Made by a program: the position numbers and the translations under genes. Shown here in pieces: positions 18,921-28,422 of a DNA stretch of 64,000 nucleotides (positions are counted from its first letter, which is position 1; each line of letters starts with the position of its first letter). The stretch comes from a virus. The DNA is taken from the IMG/VR virus record IMGVR_UViG_3300018080_000002, positions 93,358 through 157,357 of that record; one strand, 5' to 3'. The notes beneath the pieces were generated by a model. That model worked only from the letters and a program-made list of their open reading frames with translations, was not told the origin of the DNA and did not search any database.

Positions 18921-19634
18921 ATGTCTGGTGCAGGATACGATTTTAGCCGTAGAACTGGAGAGGTTTTCATAAGAAACTTCGACAGGGGTGTTGTCGAAAC
19001 GATGGGGGGTTATATTGACAATCCATCTAGTTTTGGTATCGATATGGTTAAGATGCTCGGAGGGGATAAGAAAAATTATTTTATCGATGTCCCTGATGCG
19101 AGTGAAGATCCTATACCTGTTATTTTCGGGAATCCCGAAGCAATCAAAGAAAGACAGATTTATCCTAGTTTCTTAGTAATAAGGGGTGATCCTGCTCCAG
19201 CTTTAAACCGATGGCATTCTGTTGGCCAAAAGGAATACAGGATACCTGGACCAAATGCGGTAGTTGAATACTCTGCTGAGTATGGTGTCAGTGGCTATTC
19301 TGAATATGAGGAAACTGTTCAGAATTGGCCTTATGACATACCGTATCAAATCCAAGTATACGCTCGTTTAGAGAACGAAGTTATTCCAATGCTTAAAAAG
19401 GTGTTGAGGACATATAAGCCTTATTGTAGAATAATTTTACAGGATTCACTTGAAGAAACAAGGACTTACACTGCATTTCAACAGTCAGTTAATGATATTA
19501 GTGAGTTGGTTGATATAGCTGATAGGGTCAAAGCTTATTCCGTCGAACTTATGGTTGAGGGTGAGCTTACGTTAAGTGATCCTGTTGTTAAGCCGAGTGT
19601 TACAGACATTAGGCATACAGTTCATAGGCGTTAG
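18921..19634 (+). CDS. Tail terminator / sheath stabiliser (T4 gp15-like)
   Basis: PYDIPYQIQVYAR motif; immediately upstream of sheath. Confidence 0.6.
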   Translation: MSGAGYDFSRRTGEVFIRNFDRGVVETMGGYIDNPSSFGIDMVKMLGGDKKNYFIDVPDASEDPIPVIFGNPEAIKERQIYPSFLVIRGDPAPALNRWHSVGQKEYRIPGPNAVVEYSAEYGVSGYSEYEETVQNWPYDIPYQIQVYARLENEVIPMLKKVLRTYKPYCRIILQDSLEETRTYTAFQQSVNDISELVDIADRVKAYSVELMVEGELTLSDPVVKPSVTDIRHTVHRR

Positions 19635-19655
19635 ATTTTTTGGGAGGATGAAAAA

Positions 19656-21443
19656 ATGCCAGAATTTTTAAGCCCAGGTGTATATATCGAAGAAAGACCT
19701 TCCGGGGTTACTCCGATTACTGGTGTTTCTACCTCTAATTTCGCAGGAGTCGGTTACACAGAAAGGGGACCGTCTAATACTGCTACTTTGGTAACAAGTT
19801 TGGAGCAATATCTTCAGACTTTTGGTGGATACACGAAGTATAGTGATTTAGCGTTGGCGATGACTGCGTTCTTTAACAATGGTGGTTTAAGGGCTTACAT
19901 TGTGAGAGTGGTAGCATCGGATGCGGTTACGGCTTGGAAAAACCTTGCCTCTCTATGGAAGTTTTCAGCTTCATCTGAGGGTGCGTGGGGAAATTTACTC
20001 CGAGTTCGTATCCAGGGTAATGAAAACTATTATGACGCTGATACGGCGACATATAGTCGTTTTGACGTTTTTGTCGATGAAGAAAGTGCTGATGGCGAGG
20101 GAGATTTCTCTACTCAAGAGCAGTATGAAGGTTTGATTTTAGATGATTCTGAAGACAAGGATTACATCGTTTCAGTTCTTAATGATCAGTCTGCCTTAGT
20201 TGTTGCAGAGGATCTAGGGAATGGCGGTATTCCGACCGATCTTCAATCCACCCAATATACGGATGTTGCTTTGGGTACTGGTGATAACATTGAACAGAGT
20301 TTCAGTGCTAGTGTCTCCGGTATGGTTGAAGTAGCTGAAGATACGTTTATCGTAAAAGTTGATAGTTCTCAGGTTGCCGCTGACGATGGTGACGGTGTTA
20401 TTAGCGGTACTGGCGTAAGCGGAACGATTGATTATGAGACTGGCGATATCACTCTGTACTTTACCACACCTCCTGGTAGTGGTGCTGCGATCACTGCTGA
20501 CTTTTACAAGCGTGGTGATGATGCGGTTAATACAGAGCTTGAGAATGGAAGCGATGGAGATCCTACATCTATCGGTCGAAGTGAGATCAGTGATCCTGGT
20601 CTTTCTGACGATAAGCATGGGATCTATGCGATGGATGACGTTGAAGAAATGTTTTCTCTTGCCGTTCCAGATTTCTCAGATGATGAGCTGATTTCTCTTG
20701 ATTTGATTTCGTATGCTGAATTGAGGAAATATGCTTTTGCTATTCTTGATGTCCCTGCTGGTTACACTCCACAAAAGGCATTGAAGTACAAGCGTACTAC
20801 GCTTGGAAGTCTGAGCAACTATGCTTCGATCTACTATCCTAAGATCACGATTGCTGATCCTTTGAAGGATAATAGGCCGAGAAATATCAGTTGTGTAGGT
20901 CACGTTGCTGGTGTATTTGCTCGAACGGATACTCAGCAAACTGTCGGTAAAGCTCCTGCTGGCGTCAATGACGGTCGGTTAAATTTTGCTCTTGGTCTTG
21001 AAAGGGAACTTTCGAGAGGTGAGATGGATTTAATTTATCCTGCAAACGTTAACCCGCTGTATGTCAGTACAGCTACAGGGAGAGTTGTTTGGGGTGCTAG
21101 AACGCTGCAAGTAGTAGGGGATTTCACTCAGATCAACGCACGACGATTGTTCCAATTCTTAGAACTGAGCGTTTTCAACCAGACACATGATGTCGTGTTT
21201 GAGAACGTTGGTGCTGAGTTATGGTCACGTATCAAGATGAGAGTTGATGGCTTTTTCTTTGCTTTATTCCAAGACGGATATTTCAAAGGTGATAGCCCAG
21301 ATCAAGCTTATCGGATTGTGGTTGATCAAAGTAATAACCCACCCGCTATTCAGGCGCAGAGAATGGTAATTGTTGATTATTATGTGGCAGTTAATGAGCC
21401 TGGAGAATTTTTGAGGCATCGTTTTCAAAGACGCTTCGACTGA
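19656..21443 (+). CDS. Contractile tail sheath protein
   Basis: SPGVYIEE, G...RGP, FFNNGG.RAYIVRV, GAWGN, KAPAG, VWGARTL, INARRL, PGEFL. Confidence 0.95.
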   Translation: MPEFLSPGVYIEERPSGVTPITGVSTSNFAGVGYTERGPSNTATLVTSLEQYLQTFGGYTKYSDLALAMTAFFNNGGLRAYIVRVVASDAVTAWKNLASLWKFSASSEGAWGNLLRVRIQGNENYYDADTATYSRFDVFVDEESADGEGDFSTQEQYEGLILDDSEDKDYIVSVLNDQSALVVAEDLGNGGIPTDLQSTQYTDVALGTGDNIEQSFSASVSGMVEVAEDTFIVKVDSSQVAADDGDGVISGTGVSGTIDYETGDITLYFTTPPGSGAAITADFYKRGDDAVNTELENGSDGDPTSIGRSEISDPGLSDDKHGIYAMDDVEEMFSLAVPDFSDDELISLDLISYAELRKYAFAILDVPAGYTPQKALKYKRTTLGSLSNYASIYYPKITIADPLKDNRPRNISCVGHVAGVFARTDTQQTVGKAPAGVNDGRLNFALGLERELSRGEMDLIYPANVNPLYVSTATGRVVWGARTLQVVGDFTQINARRLFQFLELSVFNQTHDVVFENVGAELWSRIKMRVDGFFFALFQDGYFKGDSPDQAYRIVVDQSNNPPAIQAQRMVIVDYYVAVNEPGEFLRHRFQRRFD

Positions 21444-21531
21444 TCTGTGGTCTTTTACCGATTGTAACGGAGATTTAATTATGCTACTCTTTAACCAAGT
21501 AAATTTTGTACTTACGTTATGGAGTAGCCGT

Positions 21532-22500
21532 ATGAACAATAAGTATTTTTTTGACGAGTCCGAATTGGAAAAAATGGTTGAGGGATATAATTCTGGTATG
21601 TCTCCTGGTGAGATAGGTAAGGCTTTTGGTGTGTCTAGGCAAGTAATACATCATTGGTTGAAAAAACGTGGTGTTGAGATCAAGCCTAGATCCCCGTATG
21701 GAGTTCTTACGACCAAGAAAGATGTGTCTCAATGGAAGAGATGGTATCTGGATGATGGTATGAGTGTACGACAGATAGCTAAGAAAGCTGGAGTTGTTAG
21801 CTCTACTGTTGTCAAGCATTTGAACAAAGCTGGTATTCAGATGAGGACAATTTCTGAGGGTAAAACCAAGGTTACTGATGATGATCGAAAAAAGATCATT
21901 GATGATTATGAGCTTGGTTTGAACATGGAGGATTGTGCTAGGAATGTTGGTTTTTCGATGGATACTGTCAAAAGAGTTTTGTATGAGTCTGGTATTGAGA
22001 CGAAACGGGGTCGTATGATCAAGTTTAGACGCAAAGAGCAGCAGGAAAAGATTCGTGATCTTTATAACAAAGGTTGGAGTCTTTCTGCTCTTGAGCGGGA
22101 ATTAGATACCAGTAGGGATAGCATCAAAGCTGTTTTGAGGATTTATGGGATTTCGATAAAATCCTATGGAGAGCTGAATGGTTTTGATTTTGAGGATCGG
22201 AAAGGCAGAAAATACTTCATGAGGAGTGGTTGGGAGATGTCTTATGCGAGATATCTCGATAAACTAGGTCTCGATTGGGATTACGAATTAGAGTCCTTTG
22301 ATATTGGGGAAGGTCGAAAATATACGCCTGATTTTTGGGTGTATAAGAAAGATGGTTCATTAGGTTACATAGTAGAAATCAAAGGGTGGTACACCGAGAA
22401 AGCTAAGAGACGAGTGAAACTTTTCAAAGAAAATTTTCCTAAGTTAAATTTTAAGCTTTTGCAGGAGAAAAATTTGCAAGTTCTAGGTGTTCTGACTTAA
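21532..22500 (+). CDS. Free-standing endonuclease: tandem HTH repeats + PD-(D/E)xK domain (homing-endonuclease-like)
   Basis: Four Y..G.S...I....VS..TV...L...GI repeats; C-term RSGWE...YTPDF...EIKG; start moved to ATG 21532 with GGAG RBS. Confidence 0.75.
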   Translation: MNNKYFFDESELEKMVEGYNSGMSPGEIGKAFGVSRQVIHHWLKKRGVEIKPRSPYGVLTTKKDVSQWKRWYLDDGMSVRQIAKKAGVVSSTVVKHLNKAGIQMRTISEGKTKVTDDDRKKIIDDYELGLNMEDCARNVGFSMDTVKRVLYESGIETKRGRMIKFRRKEQQEKIRDLYNKGWSLSALERELDTSRDSIKAVLRIYGISIKSYGELNGFDFEDRKGRKYFMRSGWEMSYARYLDKLGLDWDYELESFDIGEGRKYTPDFWVYKKDGSLGYIVEIKGWYTEKAKRRVKLFKENFPKLNFKLLQEKNLQVLGVLT

Positions 22501-22515
22501 GGAGGGTTATTAAAA

Positions 22516-22998
22516 ATGGCTAGAGCACAATCAAGTGATTATTATCACGTCATGAAATTTCATGTTGTTGATAATCAAGATAGGCTTAATAGGTTAGCTG
22601 GTTTTACCAGCGTGACGGTTCCCGAATACACTCTTGAGGCTGTAGAGTACAAAGAGGGTATTTGGACGTATCGAAGAAAATATCCTGGGGATGTGACTGT
22701 TAGTGATATCACTCTGACGAGGGGTGTTGCTCGACAGGCGACCTATTTCTATGACTGGATAAAAGAGGCCATAGAGGGTAATCCGTACAGGGTTGACTTT
22801 GTTATTTATCAGTATCACAGAGAGGATGTTCAAGGCATGACATCTTATCTTGATGCAACGCCATCGAGACGGATTGAATGTTTTGAAGCTTTTCCGATCA
22901 GGGTTAAGCCTGGAGCGGATTTTGATTCTCAGACTGGCGATGTCAGTGTTGAGGAGATGGATCTGGCAATTGAGCGGTTTAACATTGTAGCTGAGTAA
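22516..22998 (+). CDS. Tail tube protein (T4 gp19/Afp1-like)
   Basis: GF..V..P...EY.EG...KYPG...DITLTRGV...YDW...AFP...VEEMDL. Confidence 0.9.
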   Translation: MARAQSSDYYHVMKFHVVDNQDRLNRLAGFTSVTVPEYTLEAVEYKEGIWTYRRKYPGDVTVSDITLTRGVARQATYFYDWIKEAIEGNPYRVDFVIYQYHREDVQGMTSYLDATPSRRIECFEAFPIRVKPGADFDSQTGDVSVEEMDLAIERFNIVAE

Positions 22999-23009
22999 TT
23001 GGAAAAGCT

Positions 23010-23558
23010 ATGGCTAGAGATCAGATTACTGACTTTCTGTTGTCTAATCGGTTTCATTTACTGGATGTATCTTTGACGATACCTCCAGTATTGATTCCTA
23101 TATGGGGTTTTACGAGTATCAGTGCTCCAGAGATGACTGTTTCTTATCGAGAGATAAAAGAGGGTAACTACGAGTTTCCCCGAAAGGTTGTCGAGCGAGC
23201 GTCTGTATCTGTTCTAACCCTAGAGAACGGAAGTCAGATCTTCAATTCCGGTTTTTGGGACTGGATTAGTAAGATGCCGGAAGGTAATTACGAGAAAAAA
23301 GATTTATTGTTGATGCACCTGACTGGTATTAACCCGACAGATTCAGATAGTGTTGGGATAGATATTGGTGGTTTTGGTGTGGCTACAGGGGAATTTGCAT
23401 TTAGGGTTCCAGGTAAGGCATGGCTGTTAAAAAATTGTGCAGCGGCTAGGTACAAGGCGGGTTCAGACTTTAGTTCTATGGGTGGTTCAGAGGTTAGCAT
23501 CCAGCAATTAGATTTAGAGTATGAGGAGTTTCTTGAGTTTAACGTAGGTATTGGTTGA
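23010..23558 (+). CDS. Second tail tube-like protein
   Basis: GFTSISAPE...EIKEGN...LTLENG...FWDW...IQQLDLEYE; paralogue of 22516. Confidence 0.8.
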   Translation: MARDQITDFLLSNRFHLLDVSLTIPPVLIPIWGFTSISAPEMTVSYREIKEGNYEFPRKVVERASVSVLTLENGSQIFNSGFWDWISKMPEGNYEKKDLLLMHLTGINPTDSDSVGIDIGGFGVATGEFAFRVPGKAWLLKNCAAARYKAGSDFSSMGGSEVSIQQLDLEYEEFLEFNVGIG

Positions 23559-23566
23559 GGTGTATT

Positions 23567-24025
23567 ATGAGAAACGAAAGCGATTTCGCATCTAAGACAA
23601 AATCGATGGATAATGTTCTTACATTTGCGAAGGTGATGTCCAAGAGTTATAAACAATTGACCGAGGAAGAGTTTGATACGGTCGATGAGCAGTTAGAAAA
23701 AGTCAAGATAGCATTCGAGTCGGAGCTGTCTTTATTCATATTTGAGCTATTAAAAGATTATTCGCATAAGTTCAATTGGAGCTTTGCGTCTCCGAATAGC
23801 GAGTTATTTGGTCAAAGCTGGCAGTCTCTACAGGATAGATATCAGCTCATGGGTGATGCTGATAAAATCGATCTGTATAAAAAGATCGGCATGTATATGA
23901 TCAAAGTATTTTTAGAGTTGTTTCCGAATGCAGGAGAGCAGGCAGCGGTAGAGATGGCTATGGTCTTTAAGGATCTTATGGTCGAAAGGCTGAGGGAAAA
24001 ATCTGTTCAAGCAAGGAAAGTATAA
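23567..24025 (+). CDS. Hypothetical protein
   Basis: ATG after GAGGTG; LTEEE site at about aa 31. Confidence 0.5.
   Translation: MRNESDFASKTKSMDNVLTFAKVMSKSYKQLTEEEFDTVDEQLEKVKIAFESELSLFIFELLKDYSHKFNWSFASPNSELFGQSWQSLQDRYQLMGDADKIDLYKKIGMYMIKVFLELFPNAGEQAAVEMAMVFKDLMVERLREKSVQARKV
23575..23588 (+). repeat. Dispersed 14-bp motif CGAAAGCGATTTCG, copy 3
   Basis: Exact copy, just inside the start of 23567. Confidence 0.85.
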
Positions 24026-24294
24026 TGAATCTTAAAAAACTAAATCGAACCCTCGAAGATATTGAGATGATTTTGAATGAGAATGCGTATATGACTAAGG
24101 TTCATGATGAATATGTAAAATTAAATAAGAAGATTCATGAGCATCTTATTAGGCAAGGCAAATTAGACCGTCAGTTGGACAAGATCAAGAAATTAGCAAA
24201 AAAATATGGGATATTTGAGTTATACATAAATGGTCAGACAATACAGATTCAAGAGATAAAAATAGAGGATATTTTTAAGAATATGGGGCATTAG
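24025..24294 (+). CDS. Leader family A protein
   Basis: MNLKKLNRTLEDIEMILNE. Confidence 0.65.
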   Translation: MNLKKLNRTLEDIEMILNENAYMTKVHDEYVKLNKKIHEHLIRQGKLDRQLDKIKKLAKKYGIFELYINGQTIQIQEIKIEDIFKNMGH

Positions 24295-24298
24295 TGAT

Positions 24299-24562
24299 AT
24301 GAATCTCAAAAAGCTTAATGAACAGATGGAAGAGAGCATTTCGATATTAGAGGATAAGACCGAGGAGATGAAAAAAAAGTTGGCTGTTAGGTACGGCAAA
24401 CTTCAGATGAAGGTCAATAGACTTACTGATATGGAATGGAAATGTGGCGAGGAATTGGAAAAGATAAAGAAAATAGCTGAAAGATATAAGATAAGTGAGA
24501 TTGAAGTTGATGGAGGGACTATTGATTTATCTGATGTTTATCTAGGTGATATGAAAGCTTAA
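24299..24562 (+). CDS. Leader family A protein
   Basis: MNLKKLNEQMEESISILED. Confidence 0.65.
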   Translation: MNLKKLNEQMEESISILEDKTEEMKKKLAVRYGKLQMKVNRLTDMEWKCGEELEKIKKIAERYKISEIEVDGGTIDLSDVYLGDMKA

Positions 24563-24572
24563 GGTGGTAACA

Positions 24573-25304
24573 ATGGATCTCAAAAAACTAAATCGAACCC
24601 TCGAAGAGAGCATTCGGATTTTAGAGGAAGATAAGGTTCATACCATAATGTTAGAGGCTAAGTCTAAGGTGAATGAGTCGATTATACCGAATATCCAGAA
24701 ATGGGTTGATGCTGAACCAAGAAATACCATTGGTGATATCTCGTTTGAGATGGTCGAGGGTCATATTATTATCCCTAAAGATATCGTTACTCAGGAAGTG
24801 GTTGATCGGTATACGTATGAAGATAAGTGGGAAGTTGGTGAAGAGATCAGAGAATGGTTTTGGATGAGCTATGAGGAAAAGGGTAGTAAAGATATCCCTA
24901 AAGGTCACTGGGTTGCTTTAATGTTTGATGCTAGTATTATGGGAAAACCAGCGAAAGATATCAAGACTGCTTTGAATAATTTTATCAAAGAGGAGCGGGA
25001 TTGGTTCAAGAGTATAGGTGTTAAAGTAAAAACAAAGGTTAAGCTCACAAAAGCAACTGGTTCAGAGGCAGAACATACAAATGATAGTATTGGTTGGGAA
25101 TATTTATACACGGAATTTGATTTGACTGATAGTCATATGAGCCTTTTAGGCAAGATAAAAGATTCTGACGAGTCTTATAAGCCGGATAGCTATGATACGA
25201 AGTATTATATCCCCAAGATGGAAAAAAATGGCTTAGTGGTTTCTCAAGGTGGTGGTTATGTGATTACACCGAAAGGCGAAAAACTTTTGGCTAAGGGTTG
25301 GTAA
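24573..25304 (+). CDS. Leader family A protein with C-terminal winged-helix-like module
   Basis: MDLKKLNRTLEESIRILEE; C-term KMEKNGLV...YVITPKGEKLL. Confidence 0.65.
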   Translation: MDLKKLNRTLEESIRILEEDKVHTIMLEAKSKVNESIIPNIQKWVDAEPRNTIGDISFEMVEGHIIIPKDIVTQEVVDRYTYEDKWEVGEEIREWFWMSYEEKGSKDIPKGHWVALMFDASIMGKPAKDIKTALNNFIKEERDWFKSIGVKVKTKVKLTKATGSEAEHTNDSIGWEYLYTEFDLTDSHMSLLGKIKDSDESYKPDSYDTKYYIPKMEKNGLVVSQGGGYVITPKGEKLLAKGW

Positions 25305-25690
25305 TGGATCTCAAAAAACTCAACAAAGTTCTCAGAGAAAGTATTTCTATTTTACGAACAGAGTCCGATAAGTTTCGAGATCTTCCGATATATGGTGATG
25401 CGATTCCAGCGGGAAGCACCTTAATTAAAAAGAAAAGGGCTAAAAAGGATGCCATTTTTAAGCCTGTATTAATTAAGCAAGATGCTTATAGGACAAATAA
25501 AACCATATGGGTAAGAGCTATGGGTGTGTATGAAGGCGGGAAGGTTGTCAGGAGTTTTGAATATACCAGGAGTGGTAGAGTACAACTGTCGCTATGGTTA
25601 AAATACACAGACGACCCTGTGGTTGAAGATAAAATAACAAAATACAGGAAAGGGACTATTAACGATTTGCCAGCATTGATTGTTCGATGA
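25304..25690 (+). CDS. Leader family A protein
   Basis: MDLKKLNKVLRESISILRTE; TAATG coupling. Confidence 0.65.
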   Translation: MDLKKLNKVLRESISILRTESDKFRDLPIYGDAIPAGSTLIKKKRAKKDAIFKPVLIKQDAYRTNKTIWVRAMGVYEGGKVVRSFEYTRSGRVQLSLWLKYTDDPVVEDKITKYRKGTINDLPALIVR

Positions 25691-25703
25691 CATGGGGGTA
25701 ACG

Positions 25704-26048
25704 ATGAATCTTAAAAAATTAAACCAAGCTCTAGGCGAGAGTATTAAGATATTGGAAGGAAAATCGGATAAATATTTAGCTATTAAACGTGGTTCAGGTA
25801 CAAATAGATACTATTTAACTACTGCAAAAAAATATCGTGGTCGTTGGATGATTGGTGGTGATGTTGATACAACTAATGTAACTATTCTCAAAAAGGATCA
25901 AACGGACGATCGATGGAAAGCTTATACCCTTAAAGGTAATCGTATGGTTTTTTCTGATTATGTGGATGAGGATGATTTAAGGAAATATGAGAAAGGTCTG
26001 GATGATAAAGATTTGGAAGATGTTGGTTTGAAGGACTTGTATAAGTGA
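25704..26048 (+). CDS. Leader family A protein
   Basis: MNLKKLNQALGESIKILEG. Confidence 0.65.
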   Translation: MNLKKLNQALGESIKILEGKSDKYLAIKRGSGTNRYYLTTAKKYRGRWMIGGDVDTTNVTILKKDQTDDRWKAYTLKGNRMVFSDYVDEDDLRKYEKGLDDKDLEDVGLKDLYK

Positions 26049-26054
26049 AAAAAT

Positions 26055-26327
26055 ATGGGAAAAGATATGGACAATAAGACAATCAATGAAACTGTATCTA
26101 AGGTACTTTTTAAGGATAAACCCCTTAATGAGTCTTTTCATATGAAAGACAGTGTTCTGGATGGTTTTACGTTTGAGGATTTGATTACGACCATTCAGAC
26201 TAGCGAAGCAAAAATTGATGAAAAAACTGTTCTTAGGATTCTTGAAAAGGTCATCAAGCTTGATGTTGCTGGTGCTAGGTCTGTTGTTAAAAAGGAAATG
26301 AAGAATATTTTAGATGCTTTGCAATAG
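26055..26327 (+). CDS. Hypothetical protein with leader similar to 3006
   Basis: NETVSKVLFKDKPLNE vs NKLATKVMFGQTLTE. Confidence 0.5.
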   Translation: MGKDMDNKTINETVSKVLFKDKPLNESFHMKDSVLDGFTFEDLITTIQTSEAKIDEKTVLRILEKVIKLDVAGARSVVKKEMKNILDALQ

Positions 26328-26336
26328 AGGTATGTT

Positions 26337-26915
26337 ATGAATCTCAAAAAACTGAATGAAACCTTGGAAGAAAGTATAGAGATACTGTCTGATAATAAGG
26401 TTAGAAATCCAAAGACAGGCAGGATGGTGGGTCAGAGATATCTCAGGAAAGTGATTGCTAAAGAGCATGAGACGATTGGTAATCTTGGTTTTGAGAAACT
26501 GGAGACGTTCGTAAAGCATAAAAAGAAAAGAATGAAAAAGATAAGTGAGGCTGAGGACTTTCGTACTTTGAAGCGTGGAAAAGCAGAGAAATTAATGCGA
26601 ACTATTCTTGACAAACACACGAAAGGTGTTTTTAAGGATGAACATTGGGCACCTTGGCACAAGATCTTGGATGATTTCGTTGATCATAAGGTTGATTATA
26701 CGATCGATAAGACTGAGTATTACAAACATCCGAGTACCAAGGATGAGATGCCTGATGGTAAGAGGTGGATGCTTACTGTTTATCATGGTGAAAAAGGCGG
26801 CTGGAAAGTTAATATAACAGCCTCATTTGGTCCATCTAAGCCGGGTGATACGGATAAGTACGACATGATTTATACGATAAATTGGTTAGGACGTTTAAGA
26901 AAGCCGAAAGATTAG
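26337..26915 (+). CDS. Leader family A protein
   Basis: MNLKKLNETLEESIEILSD; KVRNPKTGRMV module. Confidence 0.65.
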   Translation: MNLKKLNETLEESIEILSDNKVRNPKTGRMVGQRYLRKVIAKEHETIGNLGFEKLETFVKHKKKRMKKISEAEDFRTLKRGKAEKLMRTILDKHTKGVFKDEHWAPWHKILDDFVDHKVDYTIDKTEYYKHPSTKDEMPDGKRWMLTVYHGEKGGWKVNITASFGPSKPGDTDKYDMIYTINWLGRLRKPKD

Positions 26916-26924
26916 AGGTGAAGT

Positions 26925-27263
26925 ATGAATCTTAAAAAATTGAATGAACAGCTTGAACGGAGTATTTCTCTCTTGGAGAATAAGGATTCTGTTGATGGAG
27001 AATATCTTGTCAAAGTAGAGAGACAACCGATTTATAGTGATTCAGCTAAACACGCAACGTATAAAGTGTCGCAGAAAAAACTAAAGGTTTCTGATGGTAG
27101 TGTTTTCTTAAATGGAAAATCATTTAGGTTGAGTTCGCCTTTTGATTGGTTGCAAAAGGCGTTAGAAAAAGGTTTTGATTCTTTGAAAGCTGATGAGCAT
27201 ATCGTTTTTACGACACAAAAATTAAAGTATGAGCTGGTCGATATAATAAAGAAAATACGTTAG
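26925..27263 (+). CDS. Leader family A protein
   Basis: MNLKKLNEQLERSISLLEN. Confidence 0.65.
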   Translation: MNLKKLNEQLERSISLLENKDSVDGEYLVKVERQPIYSDSAKHATYKVSQKKLKVSDGSVFLNGKSFRLSSPFDWLQKALEKGFDSLKADEHIVFTTQKLKYELVDIIKKIR

Positions 27264-27272
27264 AGGTGAAGT

Positions 27273-27746
27273 ATGGCCGTAAAAGACGAAATTGATATTG
27301 CCAATATGATCATGGCAAAACCAAAAATTAGAATGAATGCTGGAGAGAAACAGCCAGCTCAGTGCATAGGTGGAGCTAGTAAGACTGGTCCTAATAGCGA
27401 GATAGCTACAGGTCAGTTAATGGCCGAGGAAGTTAAAATGAGCGATTTAAGGCCACAAAGGAGAGCTAAACCCTCATTATCCAATGATCGGAAAAACGAG
27501 CTTAAAGAGGCAATGAGGAGGTCTCATCTACATAATACGAGACAGGAGCCTATCACTGAGGATATGGGTTTTGAGGAATCTGTTGAGAGTTTATTTGAGG
27601 CTGTGAATAATATTGAGTTAGGGATCGAGGAAATTGGTTCACAAACTGGTCGAGTTGGTCGTAAGATGGTTGAGGAGTGGGATATGCTACTCAAGCGTCT
27701 GAAAAGGTTTGAGTTGTATTATGATCGAGCAATGTCAAAATTATAA
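27273..27746 (+). CDS. Hypothetical protein
   Basis: Same TAGAGGTGAAGTATG start context as 26925. Confidence 0.5.
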   Translation: MAVKDEIDIANMIMAKPKIRMNAGEKQPAQCIGGASKTGPNSEIATGQLMAEEVKMSDLRPQRRAKPSLSNDRKNELKEAMRRSHLHNTRQEPITEDMGFEESVESLFEAVNNIELGIEEIGSQTGRVGRKMVEEWDMLLKRLKRFELYYDRAMSKL

Positions 27747-27758
27747 GGTGATTGTCGT

Positions 27759-28412
27759 ATGATAGAACAGTTGATTGAGCTGGAGGCTGCGAATAGATAT
27801 CAGCCTTGGGTTGATCCTGGGTTAGATCCTGAATTTGTAAGGATGAAAGATGCCGTTCAAGAGCATACCGTGCTTTGTATTTATCGTTTATATACAGCAT
27901 ATCAATTTCTAAAACATGCTTTACGAATGGTTCATGGCAACGTAGCTGATATTGGTGTTTATAAGGGTGGATCTGTCAGGCTTTTTGGAGAAATGGCGAC
28001 CAAAGCTGGTCGAAAGACTTATGGCTTTGATACTTTTACTGGAGAACCGGAAACTGCTCCTTGGATAGATATTCATAAAGAGGGCGATTTTTCTGATGTT
28101 AATTTTGAAGATGTTCAAAAATTTGTGAAGAATTTTGATGTTGAGTTGTTTAAGGGGGTATTTCCTGAGACTGGGGACGTTATTAAAGACGATAGATTTT
28201 GTTTTGTTCATATAGATGTTGATTTGTATTTATCATGCCAGGATTGTTTAGAGTTTTTTTGTCCGAGAATGTCTGATGGAGCGATTATTTTATTGGATGA
28301 TTATGGCACCAAGTCATGTCCAGGTATCAAGCTTGCTACGGATGAGTTTGTTTTTGACAAAGATAAAAGTTTGATATTTTTGCCGACAGGACAGGCGGTG
28401 ATTATCTGTTAG
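27759..28412 (+). CDS. TylF/MycF/NovP-family sugar O-methyltransferase
   Basis: DIGVYKGGS, YGFDTFTG.P, KG.FPET, FVHIDVDLY, LLDDYG. Confidence 0.88.
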   Translation: MIEQLIELEAANRYQPWVDPGLDPEFVRMKDAVQEHTVLCIYRLYTAYQFLKHALRMVHGNVADIGVYKGGSVRLFGEMATKAGRKTYGFDTFTGEPETAPWIDIHKEGDFSDVNFEDVQKFVKNFDVELFKGVFPETGDVIKDDRFCFVHIDVDLYLSCQDCLEFFCPRMSDGAIILLDDYGTKSCPGIKLATDEFVFDKDKSLIFLPTGQAVIIC

Positions 28413-28422
28413 GAGAATAACG

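Noticed and set aside
21444-22515. Group I intron around the endonuclease
   Set aside because: Sheath and tube ORFs appear complete and the flanks (about 88 and 15 bp) are too short for a ribozyme core.
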